Source: Candidatus Latescibacterota bacterium (GTDB lineage: Bacteria; Latescibacterota; UBA2968; GCA-2709665). Taken from it: DNA of 64,000 nucleotides. Position numbers and translations under genes: made by a program. The notes beneath the pieces are model-generated. The model saw only the letters and a list, made by a program, of their open reading frames with translations, was not told the origin of the DNA and did no database searches. How positions within the stretch are numbered: the first letter of the stretch is position 1; each line of letters starts with the position of its first letter. Location of the stretch: NCBI GenBank assembly GCA_963667175.2, contig CAXXXF010000004.1, forward strand, positions 32,001 through 96,000. The letters are read 5' to 3'. This document shows, one piece after another, positions 40,450-50,200 of this stretch.

Positions 40450-40719
40450 ATGACTGCTAAAGACACCGTAGCAGAGGACATTCGGCTCAAGACCGTTACC
40501 ATTGAAGTCAACGACCACAAGGTCGAGATGCATGCAGGACCAGCGACGGGATTTGAGATCAAAGAGGCCGCCATCAAGCAGGGCGTAAGTATTCAGCTGA
40601 ACTTCGTGCTGCAGGTCCAGTTGCCGAATGGATCGAGCAAGGTGATCGGCAACGACGACAAGGTGCCATTGACCGAACATCTCGCCTTCACCGCCATCGC
40701 TGCGGATGATAACAGTTGA
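40450..40719 (+). CDS. Ubiquitin-like (multiubiquitin/beta-grasp) protein ending in DDNS
   Basis: VTIEVND...TGFEIKEAA...F.L...IGNDDKV.L...F pattern; AAGGAG RBS; first gene before E2 and E1. Confidence 0.75.
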   Translation: MTAKDTVAEDIRLKTVTIEVNDHKVEMHAGPATGFEIKEAAIKQGVSIQLNFVLQVQLPNGSSKVIGNDDKVPLTEHLAFTAIAADDNS

Positions 40720-40740
40720 CCGTAACAGTAAGGACGCACC

Positions 40741-41127
40741 GTGAAGCAGGATGTCGCTAACGCGATCGAGGAACTGAAGCGGGCACTTCCGTCTTCGGAT
40801 GTGCGCAGTAGCGAGGACGGAAGTGGGGGTGCATACGTTGTCGTCGAACCCGTCCACATAGGGGAACGATATAGGCCTTCATCTACATGGATAGGGGGCC
40901 ACATCACGGCCCTCTATCCGTACGCCGACATCTACCCTCTGTTTATCGGCGACAACGTGTGTCGCGTGGACGGCGTGGCCTTTGAGCCGCCAGTAACTGC
41001 CGGCGCTCAGTTTTTCGACCGGCCGGCCCTGCAGGTTTCTCGGCGCAACAATCATACTCAGAACTACCCTCAGGCGGCGGTGGCCAAATTCCTCAAAGTA
41101 CTGCATTTCCTTAAGGAACTCCAATGA
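40741..41127 (+). CDS. Prokaryotic E2-like protein
   Basis: YPYADIYP (YP...P E2 motif) and QVSRR; position between Ubl and E1. Confidence 0.65.
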   Translation: MKQDVANAIEELKRALPSSDVRSSEDGSGGAYVVVEPVHIGERYRPSSTWIGGHITALYPYADIYPLFIGDNVCRVDGVAFEPPVTAGAQFFDRPALQVSRRNNHTQNYPQAAVAKFLKVLHFLKELQ

Positions 41128-42491
41128 AACGGGAGTCGTGCGACATCCTGGTGACTTCCGAGTATCACCAGCGAATCATGGAGCATCTGTTTCCCGGCGA
41201 CCGCGACGAGTACGGTGCGATTCTGCGCGCTGGCGTCGTTCGCAACGGGTCGACTATGCGCCTGCTGATTCAACATGTTCAGCCAGCGGAGTTTGGTACC
41301 GACTACGTCGCGGGCCAATACGGCTACCGGGCGCTTACTCCAACTTTCATTCACAGAGAAATCCTCCAGTGCAGAGACTTGGGCTTAGCCTACCTTGCTG
41401 TTCACAATCACGGAAGCGGCCGGAGGGTTGATTTCAGCAGCGTCGATATAGAATCCCACGAACGCGGTTATCCCGCACTCCTAGACATTGGCCGTGGGGT
41501 TCCGGTTGGCGCTTTGGTGTACGGTCGGCGCTCGGTCGCCGCAGATATCTGGCTGCCGGATGGCAGCCGTCGATCGCTCGGGACCTATCAGATCATCGGT
41601 GACAAGATTACGAGGCTTTACACCAAACCCCGCCGAGTGCGTGGGTCGAACAGCGAGCACGATCGCCAAGTGCGCATGTTCGGTGCGGCTGGACAACAGA
41701 TCCTGAAAGTGAGCAAGGTGGCTGTCGTTGGGCTCGGAGGGGTCGGTTCGCTAGTGGCGGAATACCTTGCTAGACTTGGGGTTGGGAACCTCGTACTCAT
41801 CGATCCGGACGAAATTGAGAAAAGCAACCTTTCTCGCGTGGTTGGCGCGACCCCGGTTGACGTCGAAATGGGCCAGCTCAAGACACAGATCGCGGTTCGT
41901 CATGCACGCGAGATGGCGGTTGATGCCACGCTTCAGCCGGTCGCGGCCGACGTTTCGCGTCAGTCCGTCGCCCGAGTTCTGCGCGATTGTGACTTCATAT
42001 TCCTGGCCGCAGACTCCATGCGAGCTAGGCTCGTCGTCAATGCTCTTGCCCACCAGTACCTCATTCCGACGATTCAATTGGGCGCAAAGATACGTCCAGG
42101 GCATCGTGGCAAGCTCGAAGATGCCATGTGTGCGGTACGACATATCAGGCCAGGCACCGGATGCCTTTGGTGCAATGAACTGATTGATCCGATGCAACTC
42201 GCGGTCGAAGCGAAGTCTGACAGGGAACGCACGGAACAGGCTTACGGAGTTCAGGAAGCCAACCCTAGCGTGATCACGTTGAACGCTGTCGCGGCCGCAC
42301 ATGCGGTCAATGATTTCCTATTTGACTTCCTGGGGCTCCGATCCGGTGAAGTGGAAGCAGGTTATCAGCACATCCATTTTCATCGTGGCAAGTTACAACG
42401 TGTTATTCCGCGTCGCGATCCGGAATGCAGGGAATGTGTCCACAGACTAGCCATGGGTGACGCGCTCGAACTTCCGGTAATGGAGGGATAA
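41124..42491 (+). CDS. JAB-peptidase + ThiF/E1 fusion
   Basis: N-terminal E...HNH-x8-SSVD JAB motif; C-terminal GLGGVG, DPD..EKSNLSR, AADS, CLWC and CREC. Confidence 0.88.
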   Translation: MKRESCDILVTSEYHQRIMEHLFPGDRDEYGAILRAGVVRNGSTMRLLIQHVQPAEFGTDYVAGQYGYRALTPTFIHREILQCRDLGLAYLAVHNHGSGRRVDFSSVDIESHERGYPALLDIGRGVPVGALVYGRRSVAADIWLPDGSRRSLGTYQIIGDKITRLYTKPRRVRGSNSEHDRQVRMFGAAGQQILKVSKVAVVGLGGVGSLVAEYLARLGVGNLVLIDPDEIEKSNLSRVVGATPVDVEMGQLKTQIAVRHAREMAVDATLQPVAADVSRQSVARVLRDCDFIFLAADSMRARLVVNALAHQYLIPTIQLGAKIRPGHRGKLEDAMCAVRHIRPGTGCLWCNELIDPMQLAVEAKSDRERTEQAYGVQEANPSVITLNAVAAAHAVNDFLFDFLGLRSGEVEAGYQHIHFHRGKLQRVIPRRDPECRECVHRLAMGDALELPVMEG

Positions 42492-42585
42492 CGTGGTATC
42501 GAAGATGCTTGGCAGGTCGTGGCGGATTGGATAAGTCGAGAGTGTTGTAACCCCATTCGGCTACCGACCACAAGGGATACAGCCA

Positions 42586-42945
42586 ATGACTCAGCGTCTG
42601 AACTTCGACTTTGAAGCCTTCTACAGGGCACTAAGCACGACCGTGACGGCTCGAGAAGTCAGTTGGAAAGCTGTAAGCGAGCAGACTGGCGTCTCTCAGT
42701 CCACGTTGTCCAGGATGTCGAAGGGGCGGCAACCGGATGCCGCCAGCCTGACGGCGCTGTGCGCATGGTCGGGCCTCAACCCCGTGGATTTCACGACGGC
42801 GCCGAAGAACAACCCTGAACCCGTTGCCACGGTAACTAGGCTGCTCCGTGCAGACCCGAACCTCAATAAGGACGGCGCGGATGCGTTAGAGGCCATCATC
42901 ACGGCGGCCTACGAAAGGCTTAAACGGCCGTCGTCAGATCTCTAA
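42586..42945 (+). CDS. XRE-family HTH regulator
   Basis: SWKAVSEQTGVSQSTLSRMSKGRQPD. Confidence 0.88.
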   Translation: MTQRLNFDFEAFYRALSTTVTAREVSWKAVSEQTGVSQSTLSRMSKGRQPDAASLTALCAWSGLNPVDFTTAPKNNPEPVATVTRLLRADPNLNKDGADALEAIITAAYERLKRPSSDL

Positions 42946-43142
42946 TCTTGCTTGTCCTTGTCCGCCTGAGACGGCTTTGATGCGGCAATTCGCAGTTCGG
43001 CAGCCAATTCCTCACGCTCTCGGATGCTCTTAGCGATTTCCGGGACGGCTTGTTCCATCTCTTGGCGCAAGTCATCGAGCATGGCTTGGTCCTCCGTTGC
43101 CGGGCTGAATTTCCCCAAGTATTCCTTGAACTTTTGGTTCAT
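42942..43142 (-). CDS. Small helical hypothetical protein (66 aa)
   Basis: GGAGAGGA RBS; ATGA overlap with the upstream peptidase stop. Confidence 0.7.
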   Translation of the reverse strand: MNQKFKEYLGKFSPATEDQAMLDDLRQEMEQAVPEIAKSIREREELAAELRIAASKPSQADKDKQD

Positions 43143-44662
43143 TCCTCTCCTCCAGTTTCTGCGGCTACTTCGCTCGTACTCGTGGATGCCGGTGATTCGT
43201 GGACCGGACGAAGATTGAGCTCGATCCGTGGTAGAGGTCCGAGGTTTGTGCGACTGAGGCGGATGGATGTGGGTTTCATCTCTGCCGACGTCCGATCGAA
43301 GACGTGCGCCACTTCCTCATCATGTAACAACCAGATCGGTACTTTGTCCGTTGGACTCGCGGTAGCGTCTACGATCGCCCTTGCGGCAACGTGCCCGGCT
43401 TGCCATTGCGCGACGCTGCAGTACTCGACAACCCACACGAATTTAGCCGTGTCTAAATGCATCAATAGACCGACGAGGCCGTCGCCGAGATTCGTGCGGT
43501 AGTTGCGTGCATGCTCACGAAGATTGGAGACCGTCGTGATGAAATAACGCCGTAACTCGAGCGGCTCCTGATCTGGTCCGCGCGCACGTCCCAAGGATCC
43601 CTCGACTCGTTGGCTCAAGGCGTCTATAGCATCGGCGGGGTAGAAGATTTTGTCAGGCAATGCAACGATGAACGCCTCGAACGAGTCGGCGGAATACGAC
43701 GTCTGTCCGGCTTGGGTTCCGTGCAAGTTTAGCGGAACGGTAGCATAGGGAAGTAGGTTGTCGTCCACGGTCAGCAGTGTTTCAACTTGCGTCCAGACAT
43801 GCGATAAAGAAGCCTGCTGTGGTATTGCGGTTTGCTTCCAATTGTGGCCGACGATGACTACGGCGTGGGTCTCGCTGGGCATGGCAACGAACAACGGGAA
43901 ACCCGATTCCAGATAGGCAAGCAACTGGGAGAAAAACGCCGCGTCGGAAGCGGAATTACGCTTGCCGACGAGCAACGGGAAACAGCCAGCCGCCTGAAAT
44001 ACACGTTCAGCTTCCAAGACATTGAAGCCAAGTGACGGCACCAATCCGCCAGGGTCGAACGGGGCGACGAGCTTTGTTACGTCGTGGACGAGATACTCAC
44101 GATGTCGCGAATATGTCTCGCTGTAATATCGAAGAACAGCCCAGCAAGCCACATGGGCGCACACTGCAATGTCAACATGCTGGGCCATCGAGGGGAACCC
44201 CCATACGGGTAATCGATGACCAAGCAGGTTGACGTGGTGAACTGACTGAATTGCCCTACCACGCGCGCCTAACCGAATGTCGGGAGAGAGCACGGATCGC
44301 CCTAACGTGGCGACGATAGTCGGCCTTAACACGATGTATCCGAAGTAATGGTCTTGCGGGTGGCCGTCATTAGCCACGATATCGGCCAGATCTTCGTCAT
44401 ACCTAACCGTTCCGTCGAAGAAGTGCAGACGGACACAATCTGGGCGGTACTGCCGGCCCTTCTTAGCATAGAAATTATAGAACGTGCTACGATAATCCTT
44501 GTCGACGTATCCGTGCTCGACAAGCAATCCCTTGACAGCGTCTGTTACCTGAGTTTTGAGACGCTGGGCGATGTCCTTGGGATCGAATTCCGGTTCTATC
44601 ACGTCGATAAGACGGTCGTACTTCTTGGGGGAGTCGAGATCGATCCAATCGTAGGAAGCCAA
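43139..44662 (-). CDS. Putative papain-fold (C39-like) cysteine peptidase, 507 aa
   Basis: Q-x6-C (AQHVDIAVCAHVACW), HAVVIVGH, TVDD arrangement; TTG start. Confidence 0.65.
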   Translation of the reverse strand: MASYDWIDLDSPKKYDRLIDVIEPEFDPKDIAQRLKTQVTDAVKGLLVEHGYVDKDYRSTFYNFYAKKGRQYRPDCVRLHFFDGTVRYDEDLADIVANDGHPQDHYFGYIVLRPTIVATLGRSVLSPDIRLGARGRAIQSVHHVNLLGHRLPVWGFPSMAQHVDIAVCAHVACWAVLRYYSETYSRHREYLVHDVTKLVAPFDPGGLVPSLGFNVLEAERVFQAAGCFPLLVGKRNSASDAAFFSQLLAYLESGFPLFVAMPSETHAVVIVGHNWKQTAIPQQASLSHVWTQVETLLTVDDNLLPYATVPLNLHGTQAGQTSYSADSFEAFIVALPDKIFYPADAIDALSQRVEGSLGRARGPDQEPLELRRYFITTVSNLREHARNYRTNLGDGLVGLLMHLDTAKFVWVVEYCSVAQWQAGHVAARAIVDATASPTDKVPIWLLHDEEVAHVFDRTSAEMKPTSIRLSRTNLGPLPRIELNLRPVHESPASTSTSEVAAETGGEE

Positions 44663-45032
44663 TGTGATTATTCCCCGTCTGCTGTTTCGCCCGAGAAAGA
44701 GACCGTCACCTGGTTCTCATAGTTTAAAACCCCACGAAATCGGCGGCATGGACCGAAAACTCCGAATCCGGCGCGCGGTTTCTTCTGGCATGGCGCCTGC
44801 TGGGACACCAAGTCGATGAGGCACTGCTCGCTTTCCTCGACATACCACCTGGAGGTACCCGGCCGCGTCCGCTGTTACAGTGTGGTGCGATCTTTTTCAG
44901 ACGACAATATTGAACGCGCGGGGAATGGAATGCCCCCATAATAGGTTGGAGCAGGAGATAATGCAACCGAGCACTTGACTGAGGCCGCTCCGCGAAGCTC
45001 CCGGAAACACTGCGCCTGTTCACCCATTAATT

Positions 45033-45803
45033 CTAAGGCATCCAGATGTTCCACCTGCCGTATTTTTCCCAGATTCGGCAAGTGTCGCACGTGCACATCC
45101 ACCGGAGCGCGAAACGCGGTTTGCGGCCTGTATTGAGCGATCCGGCGTGTACCAGCAGATAGTGAAAGAAGAGCACATCTCCCCGCGAAGGCCGGATCTC
45201 GATCGGTTCTCCCAGATCGAACTTCCGCGTCGGGTTCTGGAAATCAGGCAGCATGCGAAACCGTTCGGGATCCCGCGCCGCCGCCTCGCCGAGCGTCCGG
45301 TGCGACCCGGGCCAGACCACGGTCCCGCCGCCCTGCGCGGCGCCGGAATCGAGATAGGTCAGGGACGAGACGCGGAATGACCCCGGAAAGACGTTGAACG
45401 GTCGATGTTGGCCATCGGCATGCCCGCTGTGATGATTCCAGCTATCCGAAACCGGAAAGACACTGCGTGTCCAGACTGCCTCCGGCTCTGACTTCCGGCA
45501 GTGAAATGCATCCGCGTTTTCCCGGGCAAGTTGGCTCTGCGCTTCCTGGAATGCAGGAGTCCAACAGGCCATCATCGCGGGATCATCGAGTCCGAAGTGT
45601 TCAATCACCCCCTGGCTGGCGACGGTCGTCACCCCATCTGAATCGTCCGGCAAAGGAGACCACGAATCCCGATTGTCCCGGTCCATCCCAAGAACAGACC
45701 ACATCGCCGCCTCCGCATCGGCAAGGGTCTCTTCCGGAATCAGTCGCGACACCAGCACGAACCCATCCCGGTGATATTTCGACAATTGTTCCTGTGAAAG
45801 CAT
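45033..45803 (-). CDS. PhyH-family dioxygenase
   Basis: YHRDGF, GHADG, GGTVVWPGSH, GDVLFFHYLLVH. Confidence 0.85.
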   Translation of the reverse strand: MLSQEQLSKYHRDGFVLVSRLIPEETLADAEAAMWSVLGMDRDNRDSWSPLPDDSDGVTTVASQGVIEHFGLDDPAMMACWTPAFQEAQSQLARENADAFHCRKSEPEAVWTRSVFPVSDSWNHHSGHADGQHRPFNVFPGSFRVSSLTYLDSGAAQGGGTVVWPGSHRTLGEAAARDPERFRMLPDFQNPTRKFDLGEPIEIRPSRGDVLFFHYLLVHAGSLNTGRKPRFALRWMCTCDTCRIWEKYGRWNIWMP

Positions 45804-46144
45804 GGATTACTCCCATCTATATCGAGAGAACCTCGATATATTTCAATTTCATCAAGTTCCCGGCGTCACAATCTGTTCTAACCCTTGAGACACGTTTTAT
45901 TGCCCGCCTTCAAGTCGGGTAATCGACCACTCAACGTTTGCTTGGTTTCCGACATCTTTGCTGTAACTCGATTTACTCACGATGTGCGGTTGTCAGGGAT
46001 ATCGTTGATTTTGGCTGTCATTCATCGATCTCGCCTGCGTTTGGTGACGGGATCCAGTACCTGAAGAATTCGGTGTTTTCTATAGATTTCGCTGTTGGGC
46101 TCGGTTCACTCAGCATACATCTCGGTTTTTTGACATAGATTGTA

Positions 46145-46579
46145 TCACTTCAATCGTTTTACCCGGATTGCTTTGTCGATTCCGTCAACTTTCATCTTGT
46201 ACGATCCGCCCGACTTATAGATCAGAACTTTAGGCGTATAGGAATAATGATATGTATAATAATACTCGTCTTGTTGCCATATTTGTCCGTTCCACAGTTT
46301 GACTATTGTCTCGCCATCCCATCCTTCAAAAGATCCGTCAATCTTGGATTCTATAACGCTTCCCGTTGAACTATTCTCCTGCTGGATAAACTTAAGGAGC
46401 AGATTGACAATGTATGCACGAAGAAGCTCTCGTTCGTGGGATGATAGCTTATGCAATCCCATTTTCTTCTGATCTGACTTGGAAATGAGTTGGTCAAGGT
46501 TAGGTTTCTGCGGTTTTTCTGCGAACGCCGTTCCCTGAAGAAACAAAACGATCACTACAAAAAGTGTGGTCGGATTCAT
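46145..46579 (-). CDS. Secreted hypothetical protein (AT-rich)
   Basis: Signal peptide ending AFA; IESKIDGSFEGWDGET...NGQIWQQ domain. Confidence 0.75.
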   Translation of the reverse strand: MNPTTLFVVIVLFLQGTAFAEKPQKPNLDQLISKSDQKKMGLHKLSSHERELLRAYIVNLLLKFIQQENSSTGSVIESKIDGSFEGWDGETIVKLWNGQIWQQDEYYYTYHYSYTPKVLIYKSGGSYKMKVDGIDKAIRVKRLK

Positions 46580-47222
46580 GTGGTCCCCCGATTACCGGTC
46601 CGAAATGAAAAAACTCGCGTTGAATTGTATCTGTACATAATCTGGTTGTCAAGTAACGACGCAATTGCTAATTGAGAAATTCGGACAATCGGAAGAAAGG
46701 GCATGGTCGCGGAGATTCGGAGCGCGAGCGCATCTTTGTTGTCTGTTCTTCCGAAAGGTACGAGGTTGAAGAAACAGATGTTGTGTGTCTAAGGACCCGA
46801 ATTGACTGCATCGCGAATGCAATCGTATTCACAACAGAGATTTCGTGTGAATTAGGCCAGATTCAATAGTGAATTTGGCTTATTTTTTGTAGATTATCTC
46901 ATTGTGAATGTCTTCGTCTGAAAGGCTGAGACCTTCCACCACCTCGCGACGTTTTTGAAAAATCCGTACACATTAAACGGAGCGCAAGGTAGAAGGGAAA
47001 GATACCAAGAGTGCTGCTCAGAAGCCAGTTGAAGGCGGTAAGGAAGCAAAAGACTATTGGAAGCGACGTTCTCACGTAGACGGGCAACGTCCTCATCAAA
47101 TGAGATTTCGCGGCGACGGTCGGTGTGCCGAACTTTCATGCAATGCGATCTCAGGCTCCGATTATTACGCGACCCAATGCGGGAAAGACCCTAGCGGAAT
47201 GGCAGTTAAAAGAGAGTAACCA

Positions 47223-50200
47223 ATGATCGAGAGAACATTCCAGGATATCCCTGAGGGCAAACTCAGCGAGGCGGATCAACAGTCGTTCCTGGTCGATTTA
47301 GGTTGGTCGAGAGGGACGACATGGCTAGACCTCCTGCGCTCAAGGCGCGTGCTGATAATCTCAGAGGCGGGCGCGGGCAAGACGTATGAATGCGGTAAAC
47401 AAGCGGAGCGCATGGGGGATGCCGGTGAACCGGCGTTCTTTGTTGAACTGGCGGGCTTGGGGACGGGAGATCTCCGAAGCCTGCTAAACCACGACGAGGA
47501 AGAGCGGCTGGACGCCTGGCTTGCCTCACAGTCCGACGTCGCGACGTTCTTCCTGGACTCGATCGATGAGCTCAAACTGACCCTCGGTTCATTTAGGCAG
47601 GCCCTAAAGCGCTTGAATAATGGCATCGGTAGCCAGCTTGGTCGCGCCCGGATCGTCATTACGACGCGACCGACCTCATTTGATGAACACCTTTTGCGTA
47701 GCATTCTGCCCGTTCCTCCCTCGCCCTCGGCGTTGCCCAGTGAAGAGTCGTTCGCGAGTATCGCAATGCGCGATCAGAAGACCCAACAAGCCGAGAAAAG
47801 TGACGATCACGCCCCTCCCGATTGGCGAACCGTTGCGCTGATGCCGCTTTCCGACGAGCAGATTATCGAGTTCAGCAGCGATCAAGGTGTCGAGGACCCT
47901 GCGGCGCTCATGGACGACTTGAAGAGACGGAACGCGGAGGAATTCGCGAGGCGCCCACAGGACCTGATCGAGTTATGCGCAGATTGGCGGGAACACAAGC
48001 GCATCCGAACTCATCGTGATCAAGTGGCGGCAAATGTGCGCGTTAAGCTTCTGCACCGAGACGACCGGCACGAACCCGCCGAGCTGTCGGTTGACAAAGC
48101 CATTGAGGGTGCGAGCCGATTGGCGCTGGCGATGATGGTTACGCGCCGTATGACAATTCGACACAGTGCAGCGTCCGACGTTATCGATCAGGAAGCCGCA
48201 CTTGATCCCGTGAAGATACTGTCGGATTGGAAACCTGATGAGCGAAAAGCGTTGCTTGAACGGCCACTCTTCGGTTTTGCCTCCTACGGGCGTGTGCGTC
48301 TTCACCATCGTTCCGTGGTTGAATATTTGGCAGCAGAGCGCCTTCGGACACTTCTCGATAGGCACAGGTCGTTTCGGGCTCTCAGACGGGTGATCTTCGC
48401 GCACACAAGAGGCAAGACCATTGTCCGTCCATCCATGCGACCGATTGCTGGTTGGTTGGCGCTCGCAGAGGATAGGATGTTCGAAATGCTTCGGGACAAC
48501 GAACCTGCAGTGCTTCTAGACGAAGGTGACCCTGATGCTCTTTCTAAACCGCAACGCAGCCAAGCACTCCGTGCCTATGTGGAACGCTATGGTCAAGGAG
48601 GACGGCGAGATCTGAACGTTCCATACATCCAGGTTCATCGTTTCGCATCGCCCGAACTGGCGGACGACGTAAACAAGCTTTGGGCTATAGGTGTCGAAAA
48701 CCCCGATGTTCGGGAGACGCTCCTCTCTCTCATTGTAGCGGGACGAATCGGTGATTGTGTTGACATTGCACATGGAGTGGTGCTTGATATTCAAGCGTCT
48801 GTTGTAGAGCGGTTGATTGCTGTCGATGCAATGGTTGCGATGCGGGATTCAAGACTCAAGGGTATCGCGTGTGATTTGGCAACTGCTGATAATCAATGGT
48901 CGCACGAACTCGCATTGGGAGTCTTGTTGCGACTGTTTCCGAGAGATCTCTCTATCGATCAGTTTCTACAGACCTTGAGTTGGTTGAAAAATGGAAAGCG
49001 GAATATTCGCGAACTGAGTTGGCAACTACCCCGTCTAATCGCAAATGTCGAGCTTGACCCGGAAGACCTTAGGTCGCTTCGCGACGGTCTGCTTAAATTG
49101 CTTTCTATCGGCCTCCGCTGGCAACAAGAATGGCCACATATTGTCTGTGATCGGTCTTATCTAAGCGGCGCATTGGCCGCGGCATGCGTGCGCGGACTCG
49201 GCCGGAGGGAAACCGATGGCTGGCTGCACGCGAGCGTTCTGGCGCTTCGTTTGCAAGATGATCGCGAATACAACAGTAATGAGACGCATATTGCGCTTCG
49301 CGAGCGACTGAAGAAATTAGCTGCTGACGAGAACGCGCGCCTCTTTTGGGCGGAAGACGCTTTGCTTCAATCACTCCGTGCCATCGACGATCCCTGGCAG
49401 CGCTTCGCGGAAATTGCGTTACACGACGGACCCGTCGAGCTTCGTGCAGAGCGGGATCTGGACTGGATCAAGGAAACTCTTGGCGATACGGATCGCTCCG
49501 AAAATGACCGAGCAATGCTTTTGGAAGCGGCAATGCGCCTACGGCCAAACCAAAAACAGTGGCGAGATCATGTCACGAGTTTGAAGGCGCTGGTTGCCGA
49601 TCTGCCATGTCTCCTTGCGGTAATCGATGAGCGGCTGAAGCAATCCAAGCATGACGAAGAGAAAGAGCGCTGGAAGAAAAGGAAGGAAGTGCGCAAGAAC
49701 GAACGAGAGCGGCAGGCTGCCAAGGCCCGGGCTAGTTGGATCAAGTTCTGGCGGTTCGTCGCGGAACACCCTGACGAAGCTTTCTCCTCCAAACGTGGTG
49801 ACAACACAGCATGGACTCTTTGGCGGGTAATGACTCAAGACGGTGAAGATAGCCGTGCATCTGGGTGGAATCGGCGTTTCATTGAAGAACATTTCGGAAA
49901 GGAAACAGCGAATCGATTGCGACATGTTCTGATGAAAATCTGGCGCGAAGACAATCCCACGTTACCAAGCGAAAGACCCGAAGACCAGCGGGGAACCTAT
50001 CTCGTCTGGTGGCAGTTGGGACTTGCCGCACTCTATGCGGAGGCCGAAGATCCTTCATGGGCAAACAGGCTAACCTTGGAAGAAGCGAAACTAGCCGCAC
50101 GATACGCCCCGATCGAACTCAATGGATTGCCGAATTGGATAGAGAGTCTCGCCGACGTCCATCCAAACGCAGTGGATGCAATTCTTGGTAATGAGTTGAG

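Noticed and set aside
41124-42491. Thiamine/molybdopterin biosynthesis ThiF/MoeB, or CBASS Cap2/Cap3
   Set aside because: No ThiS/MoaD with a GG end, no cofactor genes and no CD-NTase; the JAB fusion and E2 neighbour point to a separate conjugation system.
46600-47200. Short ORFs upstream of the STAND gene, including a possible split N-terminal effector
   Set aside because: Short, mutually overlapping, without RBS or recognisable motifs.
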